Assembly (NCBI RefSeq): GCF_002571385.2
Contig: NW_019217797.1
Location: 223,669-287,668 of the forward strand
Direction: 5' to 3'
Length of the DNA: 64,000 nucleotides
DNA from: Stylophora pistillata
Taxonomy: Eukaryota
The position numbers and the translations under genes are program-made. The notes under the pieces are model-generated. The model did not search any database, was not told the origin of the DNA, and was given only the letters and a program-made list of their open reading frames with translations. This document shows, piece after piece, positions 39,775-52,299 of this stretch; positions within the stretch are counted from its first letter, which is position 1, and the number at the start of each line of letters is the position of its first letter.

Positions 39775-42700
39775 ATACCCATAACAAACGGAGTTTGAGG
39801 TCCGTACTGTAAGTTACAGACCGAGTTTTCCCCCTCTTTGGTCTCTTTGCACTTGGGCCATAAATCCGAGCGGGAAAAAAGAGATTCCATAACTGACTGT
39901 ACACACCGCGACAACGAGGCTAGTCAGATATTTATTAAAACTCTGGGTTCCAATATAAGGGGACTGAGTTCAAAAATCAGGTGACTGGGTTCAAAAATAA
40001 GGGGAGAATTTTATTTCGAACAACTTCCAAATTTAGTGGGCCGTACAGTAAAATAAGGCCCGCGAAATTTACCAATCATATTGCACCTACTGACAAAGAG
40101 GTAGAACTAAAACAATTAATGTTATAGGAAATTATTTTCTTTGCTTTGTATAATTTTCAAAATGCTGATGAAATTATTTTGCTCTTACATCCCAATCAAT
40201 GGCTGGGTAATTACGCAACAAGTCTGCTGATGTCTTGAAATATGTTATTCAAGAAAGGCTTTTCCAATGATGTTTTTTTTGGCAAGATGTTGCAGCTAGA
40301 AACTAGTTTCTAGGTCTAAATAATCTCTCAAGAAGAAAGGCATAAGAAGACAGCATAAAACTCACCATATCTTAGGGTTGAGAGAGTTTCATCATAGTTT
40401 ATGTCTGCAGGACTGATGGCAGCAATCTGGTTTGATGAAATGTAAGATTTATTTAGGAAAAAACATACACTGAATCCATACCTGAAACTTGAAAGCCCAC
40501 CACAAAACTGCCCATATTGAAAATTATCATAAACCCAAGAAACTGAAGAGAAAGTGACATGTTAAGATATGAAAGTGATTTCAACCATTATCCACTTATA
40601 ATCTGACTTTTAAACAAGCCAGGATATTTATAAGCATACAAGTTTGAAAATGGAATAGTTCATTCCTTACCATCATAGTTTTACTGTTGCCACCAAGAGC
40701 ATTTTTCAAAAGTTTGGTCAACACTGAATCTCTGAATGGAACTGTAAAATCAAAATCAAATACTTGTATTAGTCTCCAAACAAGTAAAATTCTTGCTAAC
40801 AATAGAAATGTATGATTATTTCTGGAGAGAACTACTTATCAAAATTATCATAGCGTTACCTCTGACATTTTTCCCATTGGCCTTGTCCACAAGAGCTAAA
40901 ATTTAATCAACAAGTTACAAGTGAGTATTAATCATTACCATAGTCAAAAATTAATATAAGTCATTTCTTTGTCTCACCACAAAGGATCAGAACAATTGCT
41001 CCTCTGACAATTTCCCTACTATTGGTAACTAATTTCACTCGAATACAAAAAAAATTTAAAGAATCATTTTGTATGTGGAGTCTTGCAGTGCATGTGACAT
41101 CCCTTCTGGTTTGAAAAAACAATGACTTGTAACAATAAAACTTCCTGGTACACTCCAAAATTTCAATATGCTGCTTATGCCACACCCATATCCCCCCTTT
41201 CAANNNNNNNNNNNNNNNNNNNNNNNNNNNNNNNNNNNNNNNNNNNNNNNNNNNNNNNNNNNNNNNNNNNNNNNNNNNNNNNNNNNNNNNNNNNNNNNNN
41301 NNNNNNNNNNNNNNNNNNNNNNNNNNNNNNNNNNNNNNNNNNNNNNNNNNNNNNNNNNNNNNNNNNNNNNNNNNNNNNNNNNNNNNNNNNNNNNNNNNNN
41401 NNNNNNNNNNNNNNNNNNNNNNNNNNNNNNNNNNNNNNNNNNNNNNNNNNNNNNNNNNNNNNNNNNNNNNNNNNNNNNNNNNNNNNNNNACCCACCCATC
41501 CCACCCCAGGGGAGGACATCCACCACACAGTAATCTCGTGCGTGGGAAATTAACGTCTCCTACCCCTAACCCTGCAGGAGACGGGGCCTACGGTTTATTC
41601 GTCCTTATCCGAGAAGACTAGAATATCTATCCATTTCTTGATATTATAGAAAGGTAGCAAATTCTCCTCGGTTATTTTAAGACCCTGAGTGTGTTGGTCT
41701 GGCCGGGGCTTGAACCCTCGACCTCCCGCACAACAGTCCGGCCCTCTACCAATTGAGCTAACCAGGAGGCGGTTCACTCAATTGGTAGAGCTAACCAATT
41801 GAGCTAACCCCCAATTTGCATCAGCTTTTAGGTTAAAGTTCAACACTGACCTGCGATAACATTTCCTAGACTGGACAATGACTGGTTAATGGCAGCTCCT
41901 TCTTTCAGTCTGTCTCCTGTGGCTCCAGTAGAGTCTGCTCTCTCACTATTGACAGCAAGATAATTTTGAATTTATAATTACTCACAGATAACATGATCAT
42001 TAGTGCAAAAACATCTGATAGTCAACTCTTTTAGATTCAGAGGAGTATGATTTTTTATCCTCAGAGTATCAGGATTATTGAGGTAAAGGACCAGATCACA
42101 TCTTTGAAAGTTGATACCACCTTCAATCTCCAGTATTTCCTTGCATGAAATTAGGGATTTTGGAGGAATTATGATTCATCAAGTGGACTTTTCTTTCCTT
42201 ACATTTGTTTAAGCTTATTTTGTTTACATTGTCAGCTTATTTCTTTAAAGAAAGTGTAACTTAGTTAAAGCACTGCTGTAAAAACTACTAATTATTCTAT
42301 TTTGGCTGAAGAAATCTGTCAGCAGATGGGAGCTGGCAAGACTGATAATTAAGGTTGTAGCTTTTGATTTGCATACCCCATGCACATGTGCCAGTAAAAG
42401 AGTTTCAAAGACCAAAAACCACTGACCTTCCAGCCAAGTCAACAAGGTTGATAAGAGATGTTTTGGCTGTCTCCTCACCAGCTTCGTTCTTTTTCTTCTG
42501 CACAAATTTCACACCAACTATAGTGTGTGCACGGCTGAAAAATACACAAGTTCATGCAGAACTAAATCAATTCAAATCATGACTGAAAATCTGTGAACCA
42601 TAAAGAAAAAGTCCTGGGCTATTTGTCTTGTGAGTACTAAAAGAATTCTTCATCTAAGCAAGAAATGATGTTTGTATTAAAAATATTTCCAGTTTTCATA

Positions 42701-45700
42701 AAAAATATTTTGTCACTTTTAAAATCAAAGTATGACAAAGAGAGGAATGAGGCCAGTCAAATGATAATTTTTTGGCAGGATGATGGGGATTTTGAACAGT
42801 AAAAGCCTTCCATGAAAGGAATTTTCAAAATTCCTCCCAACAACAGATATTTCAACTACCATTACATACCTGCTTGTTGCATTCATGTTAGTAGCTGCTA
42901 CAGTCCTGTTTTTTGTTCCCTCCTCCATGCGCATTTCAATCTCTTTATACTCACTCACAGGTACAGTCTTAAGTCCATCAGCATAGAATCCTTTTGAGGG
43001 ATGTTGCCGCACCCGCAGGCCTCCCTTATTTTTGGAAGGGTTCAAAAGGTCACGCACCTTCTCATTGTAGATTTCAAGCATACTGAAAAACACCTGCAAT
43101 TAAACATCAAATGTTGCTAACATTTTACTCCTGACGAGTTTGTCCATCTCTTATTTGTTTCCTTTACATCATATGTCACAAGTTTCTGAGATCATAAGTC
43201 ATGACACGATACCCATCTAGGCCTGCTGCCACAAATTTACAGGGATTATTTTTGACAAATTGATCCTGCTGTAGGCATCTCGAAGGACAACACTTAAATG
43301 TGGTCTGCAAAAAAAGTCAGCTGTAGTATCTTATGGGGGGGTTAGCACACATGTACATATTAAATGGCTGCCTGATTGATGTCAAAGTACCATTCTGTGG
43401 TCTCTTTACTACAGCTGGTGCAGCAAAACTGGTTTTAATAACTAAAATGGCAGTTAGTTTTAGTTATTCCTTTAAATTCAGGTATGCTTCAAATTGAATG
43501 AAGTACTTTACGAGCCAAGATCATAAGAAGTTAAACAGATTGCTAGTACCTCATATTGAGCCTGATCTCCTCCTTGCTTTTTCTCATCAATTCCTTTGAA
43601 AATCTCCTCACAAAAGATTGGCACAATGCCTGTAATCAAACATAGAACAATTGTTTTAGAATCACTCACTTACTAGGGCAATATAATTTCCTTACTAAAG
43701 TGACCTGACTAGTGCACTCGACAAGCAGCCATTGTTCAGGATTCTACCCATCACAAGACCTAATATTTGGGATGATTGAATGCATTGAGTTAGGAGAACA
43801 GTAAAAAATCAAAACTAGTGAATAAAATATATGCTGTAACCTTGAGTCAACAACACCAAAAAAGTAAAAAATACACAAAACAAGAGCATGTGAGAAATTG
43901 GACTGATGTTACCTTTGTTTGTACCATATCCAACAATTGACCAAGATTTTCCTGAACCAGTCTGTCCATAAGCAAAGAGTGACGTGTTGAATCCTTCCCA
44001 AGCATTTGTAAGAACTCCTTTACCGAGATCATTATACACCTTCATCTGTCAAATCAATTTAAAAATATCTTAGTCAAAAGAGGTGTAAAAGGTCTGATCT
44101 TGTTTGGTACCCTTTTTCCTTCATTTTGTCTACCCCACCTCCTCTTTGACAAAATGTTATCACAAATTCTGTTTCTGTCTGATATTTTACAGTGTCTGCT
44201 TCCTGTCCTTCTCACACATCCCTTCTTTTTTTCTTTACAGAAGAGAAAGAAGGAAAAAGGATCAGACTATGAGTGATGCCTTTTCTACAAAGGTTAGAGA
44301 GTAAGGAAATGAAGATTTCAGCAACAAGGCCTTCCAAATCCACATCAAAAGCACACCTATATCCACTCCAAGAAATGCATAAAGAAGGGATGTGGTCACA
44401 TGATTTCCTGCCATAAGTCTGTCGTTGTCCCATGAGGAAATGTAAAGTGAAAGAAGTAGTGTAACAGGCACATGCGTGGGGTCAAGGGAGCTGACGCTCC
44501 CATAACTTGCAGAAGGGCTCAGATTTCAGAAGGTCATGATTTGCACCCATTCACAGCCTCCTGATGAGAGAAAAGCACCTGGCCTCCACTCTTAACAGAC
44601 TCAAGACAACTGCCCTATTAGACTTCTCAGAAGATCACAACTCTAACAAAATGATTGTTATCTGAAGTACCTGATCAGCATAATTTGGATTGGCAGGTCC
44701 CAAGTAACCATTAGGTTTCTCTTCAAATCCATCATGAGACCAATAACTGTAGTCAAAGGTGAACTTTTTAGGTTCTTCTCCAGGTTCTTCTGGATTTTTC
44801 AAGTACGTCGATTGACCTTTCATTTCAACTATCAAAGTTGCATTTCGGGCCTTTTCACGTTTATTGTGGGAAATGTTAAGGAAATCTCTAGCTCCAGCTT
44901 GAGAAAAGCTGTTAGAATGCAAATCTGTTGCTTATCACTGGCAGACTGTGAATAAAAGTACAGACGACGTTTTAACAGAGCTTCAAGGTGTTTTAATGAT
45001 CTCCTTCGAATGGATAATGAACCCTAGTGGACAGCCTGTTGACTTTAATTTATTTATCTTGAGAAGTTTGCTTTAAAATCAATTTTCTCTCGTCCATTAG
45101 TTAAACTGTAACTGGACGGTGATTAAAACACTATAATTAATAGGAATGGAAGTGTAGTGCTTCTGAGATTTTCTCCGCCTTCGTCCAGTTACAAATCTAT
45201 TGAAGTCGTGACCTTGGTTCAGATTTCTCACCTCCAACGTCACACAAGATACATACACACACCTACATACATACATACATACATACATGCATACATACAT
45301 ACATAGATGGTTTATTTGTTAAAGCAGGTCATGAATAAAAGGCAGCATAAAAGCTGATGTGGACCTGCTATGCTTATAGTAAGCTGTAACCTTGCATTAC
45401 CAGCTGTTTTTTTAACGTTTTTTTACTGATGTGGACCTGCTCTACTTATAGTAAGTTGTACCTTGCATTACCAGCTGTTTTTTAAACGTTTTTTTACAGA
45501 TGTGGACCCGCTATACTAATAGTAAGCTGTATCTTGCATTACCAGCTGTTTTTTAAACGTTTTTTTTACTGATGTGGACCCGCTTTACTCATAGTAAGCT
45601 GTACCTTGCATTACCAGCTGTTTTTTTAACGTTAGTCGTACTGTTCTTCAAACTTCACGTCATGGTGACTTCTATACATAAGATGCAGTCTTAATCGAAA

Positions 45701-46110
45701 TCGTTTAGAAAGTTTTGGTACACCGTGAGACGGATCGATCGATATCATTTCTGCCCAACCACTGCGTGCACAAAAAGAAAAACAAAGCCTGCCCATTGTG
45801 CAAACATCTAGAAGTGAAAGTTATAACGTTATGAAATAATATAAAGATAACGCTCCCAATGGGAGAGGAAACAGTGGTCTGGAGTACCATGAGAAAACTC
45901 ATACGGCCAATATAATAATCTGATTTGGGACGTAAAACTACTCGAAAGGTAAACCACTAGCATGCGTTGACAAGTCCCACAACTAAACTCACACAAACCT
46001 AATTGCACTGGCTGCGTATTTAGACTAACTGGATAATAATGGCGTAAAAAGGATATAAAAGGCCTCACTCTAACGGCCACCTTAACGTTTTCTGCTTCTC
46101 CGTCTGACAT
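31698..46110 (-). CDS. KIF28: Kinesin-3 family motor, KIF28/KLP-6 type; ~26 exons; motor domain, coiled coil, FHA, C2-like region, C-terminal CaaX (CAVL)
   Basis: Motor motifs [10 protein letters not shown]|[26 protein letters not shown] (P-loop), [17 protein letters not shown]|SRAH, LVDLAG|[41 protein letters not shown]|[24 protein letters not shown] (ELHHLDR|[11 protein letters not shown]), DPF..SPD...IG typical of KIF28. Last exon 31835..31698 ends ESSACAVL*. Confidence 0.9.
33790..34200 (+). mobile_element. Penelope-like element terminal fragment with hammerhead core (34083-34121)
   Basis: CCAAT (34028) and TATATAGG (~34051), then GC-CTGAAGA-N19-GAAAC-GTC-GC, the minimal type I hammerhead layout found in PLE terminal repeats. 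Confidence 0.55.
35029..35332 (+). mobile_element. tRNA-derived SINE with CORE-like domain, near full length
   Basis: GGTGGCCTCATAG / GGGTTCGTGCCC head; TGTGTTCTTAGGCAACACACTTTACTCTCACAGTGCCTCTC..TGTATAAATGGG (MIR/CORE-like); tail ends in (CTTAC)n. Confidence 0.85.
36684..37000. repeat. (GACT/GACC)n degenerate tetranucleotide tract
   Basis: Direct reading; source of the SV-rich ORF 36700..36939. Confidence 0.8.
37648..37797. mobile_element. Palindromic MITE with internal CCCTAA/TTAGGG-like motifs
   Basis: GCAACTGCGCAGCTACCCCTCCCCTAACCC ... GGGGTTAGGAGAGGGGTAGGTGCGTAGTTGC inverted repeat. Confidence 0.7.
39630..39778 (+). mobile_element. Penelope-like terminal fragment with decayed hammerhead
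   Basis: CGCTCTAACGACGGGCCAACGCTCGAAAC matches the 56059-56092 motif but has a core substitution and lacks the GTC cleavage site. Confidence 0.55.
41490..41777 (-). mobile_element. tRNA-derived SINE family A, copy 2 (abuts N gap)
   Basis: Same body as 1-253; head GGTTAGCTCAATTGGTAGAGG..GGTTCAAGCCCCGG. Confidence 0.85.
44866..46056 (-). other. U12-type (minor spliceosome) AT-AC intron 1 of the kinesin
   Basis: 5'ss ATATCCTTTT directly after RPF; branch site TTCCTTAAC then ATTTCCCAC|AAT (N-K-R-E). Splicing restores the conserved RVRPFNxRE motif. Confidence 0.92.
45250..45633. repeat. (CATA)n retroelement tail followed by a 71-72-bp tandem repeat x4
   Basis: Units start at 45354, 45426, 45497, 45569 (CTGATGTGGACCTGCT..TAGTAAGCTGTA..CTTGCATTACCAGCTGTTTTTTTAACG). 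Confidence 0.85.
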
Positions 46111-48415
46111 TTTCGTTTTAACAACCAAGGGTTACGTCTTTACGTCAAATGAAGAATCAAAGACTACCGAAGTCTTTCCACGATCTAAATTGATCAGATG
46201 TACCTTGTCACGCAGATGAATTTTATCGAAGTTCAGAACGTAGGAAATAAATTTTGGGTAATTTTATGCGTCCATTAAGGGATAGCGATCAATGTTCTTC
46301 ATAGGTTTTGCTCTGTTGTCATGTTGATCGGCCGATTGTAAACTTTACAGTAATAATATATGCAAAAATATGCAAATGAGGTGTCTATTCAATAGAGTCG
46401 ATGGTTTTGTTATGACAAAATCAAAATAGCAACCAGTTTTCGTGTGGTTTTATTGAAAATGATTAATTAAAATGTGACGATCGAACCAAACGTTGGCACC
46501 AAGAAATAATGAGATTATGCCAAATCAGTCATGAAACTGCAATAGGTCAAGTTCATGGTTTTTTCCTGGGAGTGGACTCAATTTTTTTTTTTTCATTTAC
46601 CTATTTTTCCTAGCAATCACAAAAATCAAATGTGAAAAGTCTCATAGCAATAGTTATCTTCCCTTCAAAACTATTAAAAGGGTATTTCAATAGTCACACG
46701 TTGTTAAGAAATAGCTGGCTTCCAGAAAGAGAAGGCTTTATCCATATACAATACAAACTTCTGTGCAAACTAAATAAAATAAGCTGAAATTATGATAAAG
46801 TTGAAAAAAGCAAGATACCATTAGCTCTCAGGTTTTCTAACATATACCTCAAGGTCTAACTTTAAAAAATGCAGTTATAATTTTTTTTACAAACAAAAAG
46901 ATATTTAAAAAATTATGAAACAATTTATCATCTGAAAATAATCCTAATAAATTAAAATTAAAAGTATTTATCAAAAACAAACAAAAGAGGAGGTTCACAA
47001 AAGAAATTTGGCATTTAAAACAACACATTTGGGAATCAATGTGATCTAAATTTCTCAAAAATAAAAAAGCTTTGCATTCCATTCCAAGTGAATTAAAATT
47101 ATTTTCTCTCTGAAGTTTGAAGAGCATCAAGATATAGTATGGCAGACAAGTAATTAGGATAAAAATGTTAACTAGGAATATCATTTGATTTAACTCTAAC
47201 TTCTCAGAAATAACATCAGAGGAAATGTAGGGTACGTAATATCGAGAATAAACACCACAATCTTGGAAGAGTAGAGCTATGCTAACACAACTAACTGCAG
47301 GCTTTACAGTAAAAAGCATAAGGGAAGAACTCACTGTGACAAATGGTTTTCTTCTTTTTATTTCAATCAATTTTTAAGTTTTTCATATGACTCTGCATAA
47401 ATAACTAAATAAATGTAATAAAGCTCACACTCTACATAGAACTGGTGAATCACTGAGTTGCTGCACTTTTCATGCACAAGTAAACTCTGGAGGTGATAGT
47501 CTGACTTCTAATTGATTAATATGTCTCGCTGGTTAAAATGCTAGGGCAAAACCACTACACAGAAACAAAAAAAAAGCAAAATGGACTGAGGTGTATCACT
47601 ACCATCTTGGAAAAAAAAAACTTAAAAATCATGCTAACCTGATTATTGGAAAGTCCACTTCATAATTGACATAACTGTAATAAATGCAACAAATTATATA
47701 TGAATAAGTTAAAACCTACTGGATTCTACCAAACACTGCCTGTCAATTCTTCTTGTTCTTTTACAGTGGTTAAATTTGCAAAGAATTTCATCCACAGCAT
47801 AACATGGTACATATATCTCAATCCATGCTCTGTCAAGATTCCTGCTTCTGATGCTGGGATGATCAGAGCACAAACCGACAGCTTATGAAATAACTGCATG
47901 ATTCATAAATGATCACTTATTTAAAAAAAACCTCTAACAATAGCTATTTAATCCTTAAATTACAAGAAGTGATTAACAAGTTCACTTCTCCCTACTATAT
48001 CATGACAGTGTGAAGTAAATGGGTTGCAAGAATTGATAAACTTATCAGCTTGATCAGGACATTTTCTTGAATCAGACATAACACTGAATTCTCATCACTA
48101 ATCAACAAGAAAATGTCTAACAACTTGAAGGGAGAATTACAAATCACATATTGGAAGTTCAAAAGTTAAAAAAATGTCTTAAGTAAATTATTAACACAAA
48201 AGAAAGTATCAAACCAAAACTTACAAAGTTTATGTCATATATATTAAATGAGCACATTAGAAAGGGGCACAATATTAATTAAACAATCCTATCAGAACCC
48301 CGAGAGAAAGAGTTGCATTGCACTCCTTAATTTCAAGGTACTGGTATTTCAGCTCACATCTATCCTTGGCATTTTTCAAAGTTTTGAGAATGATAAGTTT
48401 GGTTGATGAAAACAT

Positions 48416-51069
48416 CTAAGACTTTGCTGGAATGCCACCTAACTGTGCTTGGACTTGAGCTTGGACTTTTGCACTAAGCATATCCTGAACAGCTGCAGAG
48501 AAAGAAACATTACCCTTTTGTAAATGACCAATAACAACAGAAGTGTGAAAAATCCAATTTTGGAGATTACAATCTACATGTATCCATATATTAAAAGTTA
48601 AACATGGCAAAATAACTTGCCTAGAAGTATATTCATAAAGTAAAACACACATCAATAAAATACACTACATATGACCAGCCACTAATAAAACTGCATAAAA
48701 AGAAATCCTGAAAAAATTCAAGTTTTGAATGGGTAGTAGTAAGCCTGCACCTCCCAGATACTAGTTGGGTCCCACTACCAACTGAGCTACGAAGCTTCAT
48801 GTTGGAAGCAAAGTAACATTCAGCCATACTCTTGTTCCCTGTTGTGGAATCTGATCACAAATAAATGAAATGAATCACAGTGGGGAGCAGGTACGGCACA
48901 GTGGTGAGAGCACTTGCTCTCCACTGCTGTGGCCCAAGTTCAATTCCTGATTCTCAGCATCCTCCAGTTTTCCTCCCTCCACAAAAAACAACATTTTTAA
49001 CTCCAATTCCTCCTGGAAACAGTGGACAAGGAGAGCCACCCTGTGGAAAGTCCATTGCTACATTCCCATTATTATTATCATTATTATTATTATTAACACA
49101 CAATATTAAAATGTTGGAAGATATAATAAATATTCATACATTAAAGAACATCAGTTGAAAGCCTCATATAGAAGTACCTTGTCTTAACTTATGTTTTTCT
49201 ATTAATTTAGGTTGCAGTAGTTCCAGCTGTTTAGTCACCAGATCCACTTTTCTTCCAAAATATTCCTCGGCTTCCTTTAGTCCCTGTATGAAACATGACA
49301 AACAAACAAATGGAAAACATAAACCATGCTTAAGATAAAAGCTAAAAAAATTGAACTTTGAATCTCCATTCCTCCACGAAAAAAAAAAGATAGGTTTAGC
49401 TGGCTTGAAATCACGTTGAACTGAAACCTGTCAGGACTGTGTCTTGCAGAGAACCAGCTAAAATTCGTGCAAGTGGGAAGTTTTCAAATGGCATAACATG
49501 CAAAAAGTTATGTGAGAATAAAAAATTTTCAGTTGTTAAGAGTTACTCAAGGAAAAGAAACTTGTTTACACGCACCTTTTCTACAAAATAACCAGTTCCA
49601 ATGTTTACTAAAACAGATGTTGTGTTTTCAAGAGTCCCAGGGACATACATCTAAAGTGACTTAAGGATAAATGGACTTAACAAGTCTGCCAATTTAAGTA
49701 TAAGTTTCTAGATTACATTGAGCTCTGGTTTCAACTTGTTTTGACTCAAAAATGTAGAAGGACTTATCAGGCCTCTCATTTGAAAAGGACAACACTGATA
49801 TGTTCTGGTGAAGCCAACTTAAGGATTGTGATTAAATAACTGTTTAACCCTTACATGACTAGTATCTTGTTTCTTCTTATAGCAATACTGCTGAATAATG
49901 GGGGCTATGGGATTTTCAGATACTACCAAAAAAAATCTGTTTTACAGTTTTGGTGTTCATTGCAGTTTGTGAATTTTCCATTTTTTAGTCATTGGTTTTC
50001 ATCAAAAATATTAATGTTTTTCAGATTTGGCATCTGGGGTGGTTTTTAGTTGACCTCCTACTTGGGTTTCAGTCACCTCCACTGATCTCAAACAGCCACC
50101 AAACCTCTGTATGCTTCTCTTGTCACCGCTGTATTGGATTGATTAGGGTTGTGAAAATTTATCCGTGTTGATGGTTTTGCTTATGGTTTTTGGTTTTAAT
50201 TGAATTTTTTAGCAGTTTTGTGATTTTAGATGATTTTTTTTCTCTGGTTTTGCATTTTCTAATAGACCCCAATGCCCCCCCTCCTGAATCATTCATAAGC
50301 AGCATGAGAATAAAGCAAATAACAGCCAGTAAGAAGCTTTGATCATTGATTGAATTCTCCTTGTCAGTACCAAAGAAAGTGTATAGAGAAGAGTCTGGTG
50401 AGCACGGCTATTGATGTTAGGGTATAAAGGGTTAATAGGCCTTAAAAGATGAAAGTGTCCACACTGAGTCAAAGTCAGACTATTCCATTTATACTATATC
50501 AATGACTATATCAATTTAGAATACAAATTTCAAATAGTTAACCTTTTTTATAGAGCAAGTAAAGTCTCACTACCTCAGTCTCTAATTAATAGCATATTCA
50601 TAAGGTGGGAATGTAGCTATTCACTAAGAGACCAAGAAGCAATATCCAATCCTAGTTTCAACACTAGATTGTTAAAGGACTCTTTAGCATATAGAGGTTT
50701 GGTGCTATGGAACTATGTTAACCATCACAAAAATGTAGGTAGTTTCGCCCTTAAGAATCTCAGGAGGCTACTCAGGAGAAACAATCACTTCACAAGCTTT
50801 ACTTTCACTAGTTTATCAGGTTCGACGGCAAGGACTAGATTAACTGATTACAAGTACTTTTAAGTTGAGAGGAAATTGAATGTTTTATTGTATTATAGTT
50901 TCTTATTTAGTTTAAAATGTGTCTTAGTATAATCATAAGTTGGCTAGATACTATTTTGTTAAGTACACGACCCCACAAGTTTTTTAGCTTTAATTCTTAT
51001 CGTGTATAAATAAAGATTCTACTACTGCTGCTGCTGCTGCTGCTGCTACCGCTACTGCTACTGCTACTG

Positions 51070-51106
<37 letters not shown>

Positions 51107-51651
51107 ATACTGCCTCATTAATTATCATTTCACTCTTAGAAGGTAACTTATCCTTATGAGATCAATAAATTATTCTGCAAACCGCTCACCGCATTAAGGA
51201 AATTTATCAAGTAATGGGTGAAAGACAAGATTAAGAAAGCGAAAGAAAAGTCATTGGCGGTCGGATTAAAGGATACAGAACTTGTCAGTGGTACCAGAAT
51301 AGGTTTTCCTGTTGACGAATTTGTTAAGGTCATTCAGTACGTGCAATGGACACAACAAAATAGTTCTTTTAACATTCTGAAATACTAGAACTCACCTGAC
51401 TCCTTGTTAATAAGTTTCTTGACATTTTCTTTCGAATCTCCGAATCTCTGTTGGGCGACTTTTAATTTGCTCATGGAATCTCCCAGCAATTTTACTTCCT
51501 ACATGAAACGAATCATTTGCTTCAAGTGCATCCAAATGGTTAATTCAGTTTTAAGAAACACTCAAAAGCTTACTTCTTCAAGTTGAGACCTGAGAGTCTC
51601 CAAGTGAGGTATTGGAAGTTGACTAAGTTCTACCGCCTCGCCAGCCGCCAT
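48416..51651 (-). CDS. PFDN5: Prefoldin subunit 5, ~156 aa; complement(join(48416..48492,49178..49283,49576..49650,51277..51308,51396..51498,51574..51651))
   Basis: GKPILVPLTSS|MYVPGTLENTTSVLVNIGTGYFVEK|GLKEAEEYFGRKVDLVTKQLE is the prefoldin-alpha signature. Six exons join in frame (471 nt). Confidence 0.95.
48881..49095 (+). mobile_element. Internally deleted tRNA-derived SINE (related to 28830-28992)
   Basis: CAGTGGTGAGAGCACTTGC head, TTTTCCTCCCTCCAC core, (TTA)n tail. Confidence 0.6.
49844..50435. mobile_element. TTAA-flanked MITE interrupted by a nested element (49897-50283)
   Basis: Outer TTAACCCTT...AAGGGTTAA; inner segment flanked by direct repeat CTGAAT with G5/C6-rich inverted ends. 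Confidence 0.65.
50500..51110 (+). mobile_element. 5'-truncated non-LTR retrotransposon (CR1/L2-like) 3' end with (TGC/TAC)n tail
   Basis: ORF remnant KDSLAYRGLVLWN resembles the S(F/L)xYRGxxLWN C-terminal motif of CR1/L2 ORF2; then AT-rich 3'UTR, AATAAA and a trinucleotide tail. Confidence 0.7.
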
Positions 51652-52299
51652 CTTAAAATTTTCATCAGTATTGGACCCAGGCTTCTTTCCATCTCACCTT
51701 TTTCACCCATGTAAAGGACCTGGGTGTGGGATTAGGGGAAGGGGGGTTGGACGATATTGGGGTTTCCCATGGTTTTCACTAATGGAGAACTATGGAAAAT
51801 TGAATGCCAATGAGTTGGGATCATAAGAATATTAGAGAGCCTTATGTGGGGATCTGGTAAATTTTATCATGAAACAACTAAAATGTTCTTATTGTCATTA
51901 CTATTATTAGTATTAGTGTTAGTATTAATTATTATTATCAGATACTGACACAATAACCTGTCCTTTTGCAAATAGAAGTGTCCTTCTTTTTATTAAATAT
52001 TTTTCATACACGTGTTGCGGTTAGTTTAGGGAATAACAAGATTTCTTGTGCAATTTGGTGTAAATAAGCACAAGTAAATCTTCCAAAGACTACAAAATTG
52101 CATGACCCCAATCAGACATGCACACTTTTTTCAGGTATATTATTACTAACTTTATATACTATGATTTAAAGTAGTTATAATTCTTTCTAAAAACCCAGGT
52201 ATCTCTTTGTCATGATCACCATGTCACTGAATTTCTTAAGATTTTGCTAACTTCTGATCCCCACAATATTAACAGAGAACTACAATGGCCATATACCAT

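Larger units (their letters stand above)
49651..51276 (-). other. U12-type GT-AG intron 3 of PFDN5
   Basis: 5'ss GTATCCTTT; branch-like ATCCTTAAG ~11 nt before TTTAG|ATG; no polypyrimidine tract. Confidence 0.88.

Noticed and set aside
41122-41553. ORFs spanning X runs (also 28572..28851)
   Set aside because: Artefacts of assembly N gaps.
44561-44576. CTGATGA-GA-GAAA hammerhead-like core
   Set aside because: No stem II or flanking stems; chance match.
46849-47370. 173-aa hydrophobic minus-strand ORF
   Set aside because: Non-ATG start, F/L/I/N bias expected from very AT-rich DNA, no recognisable motif or splice support.
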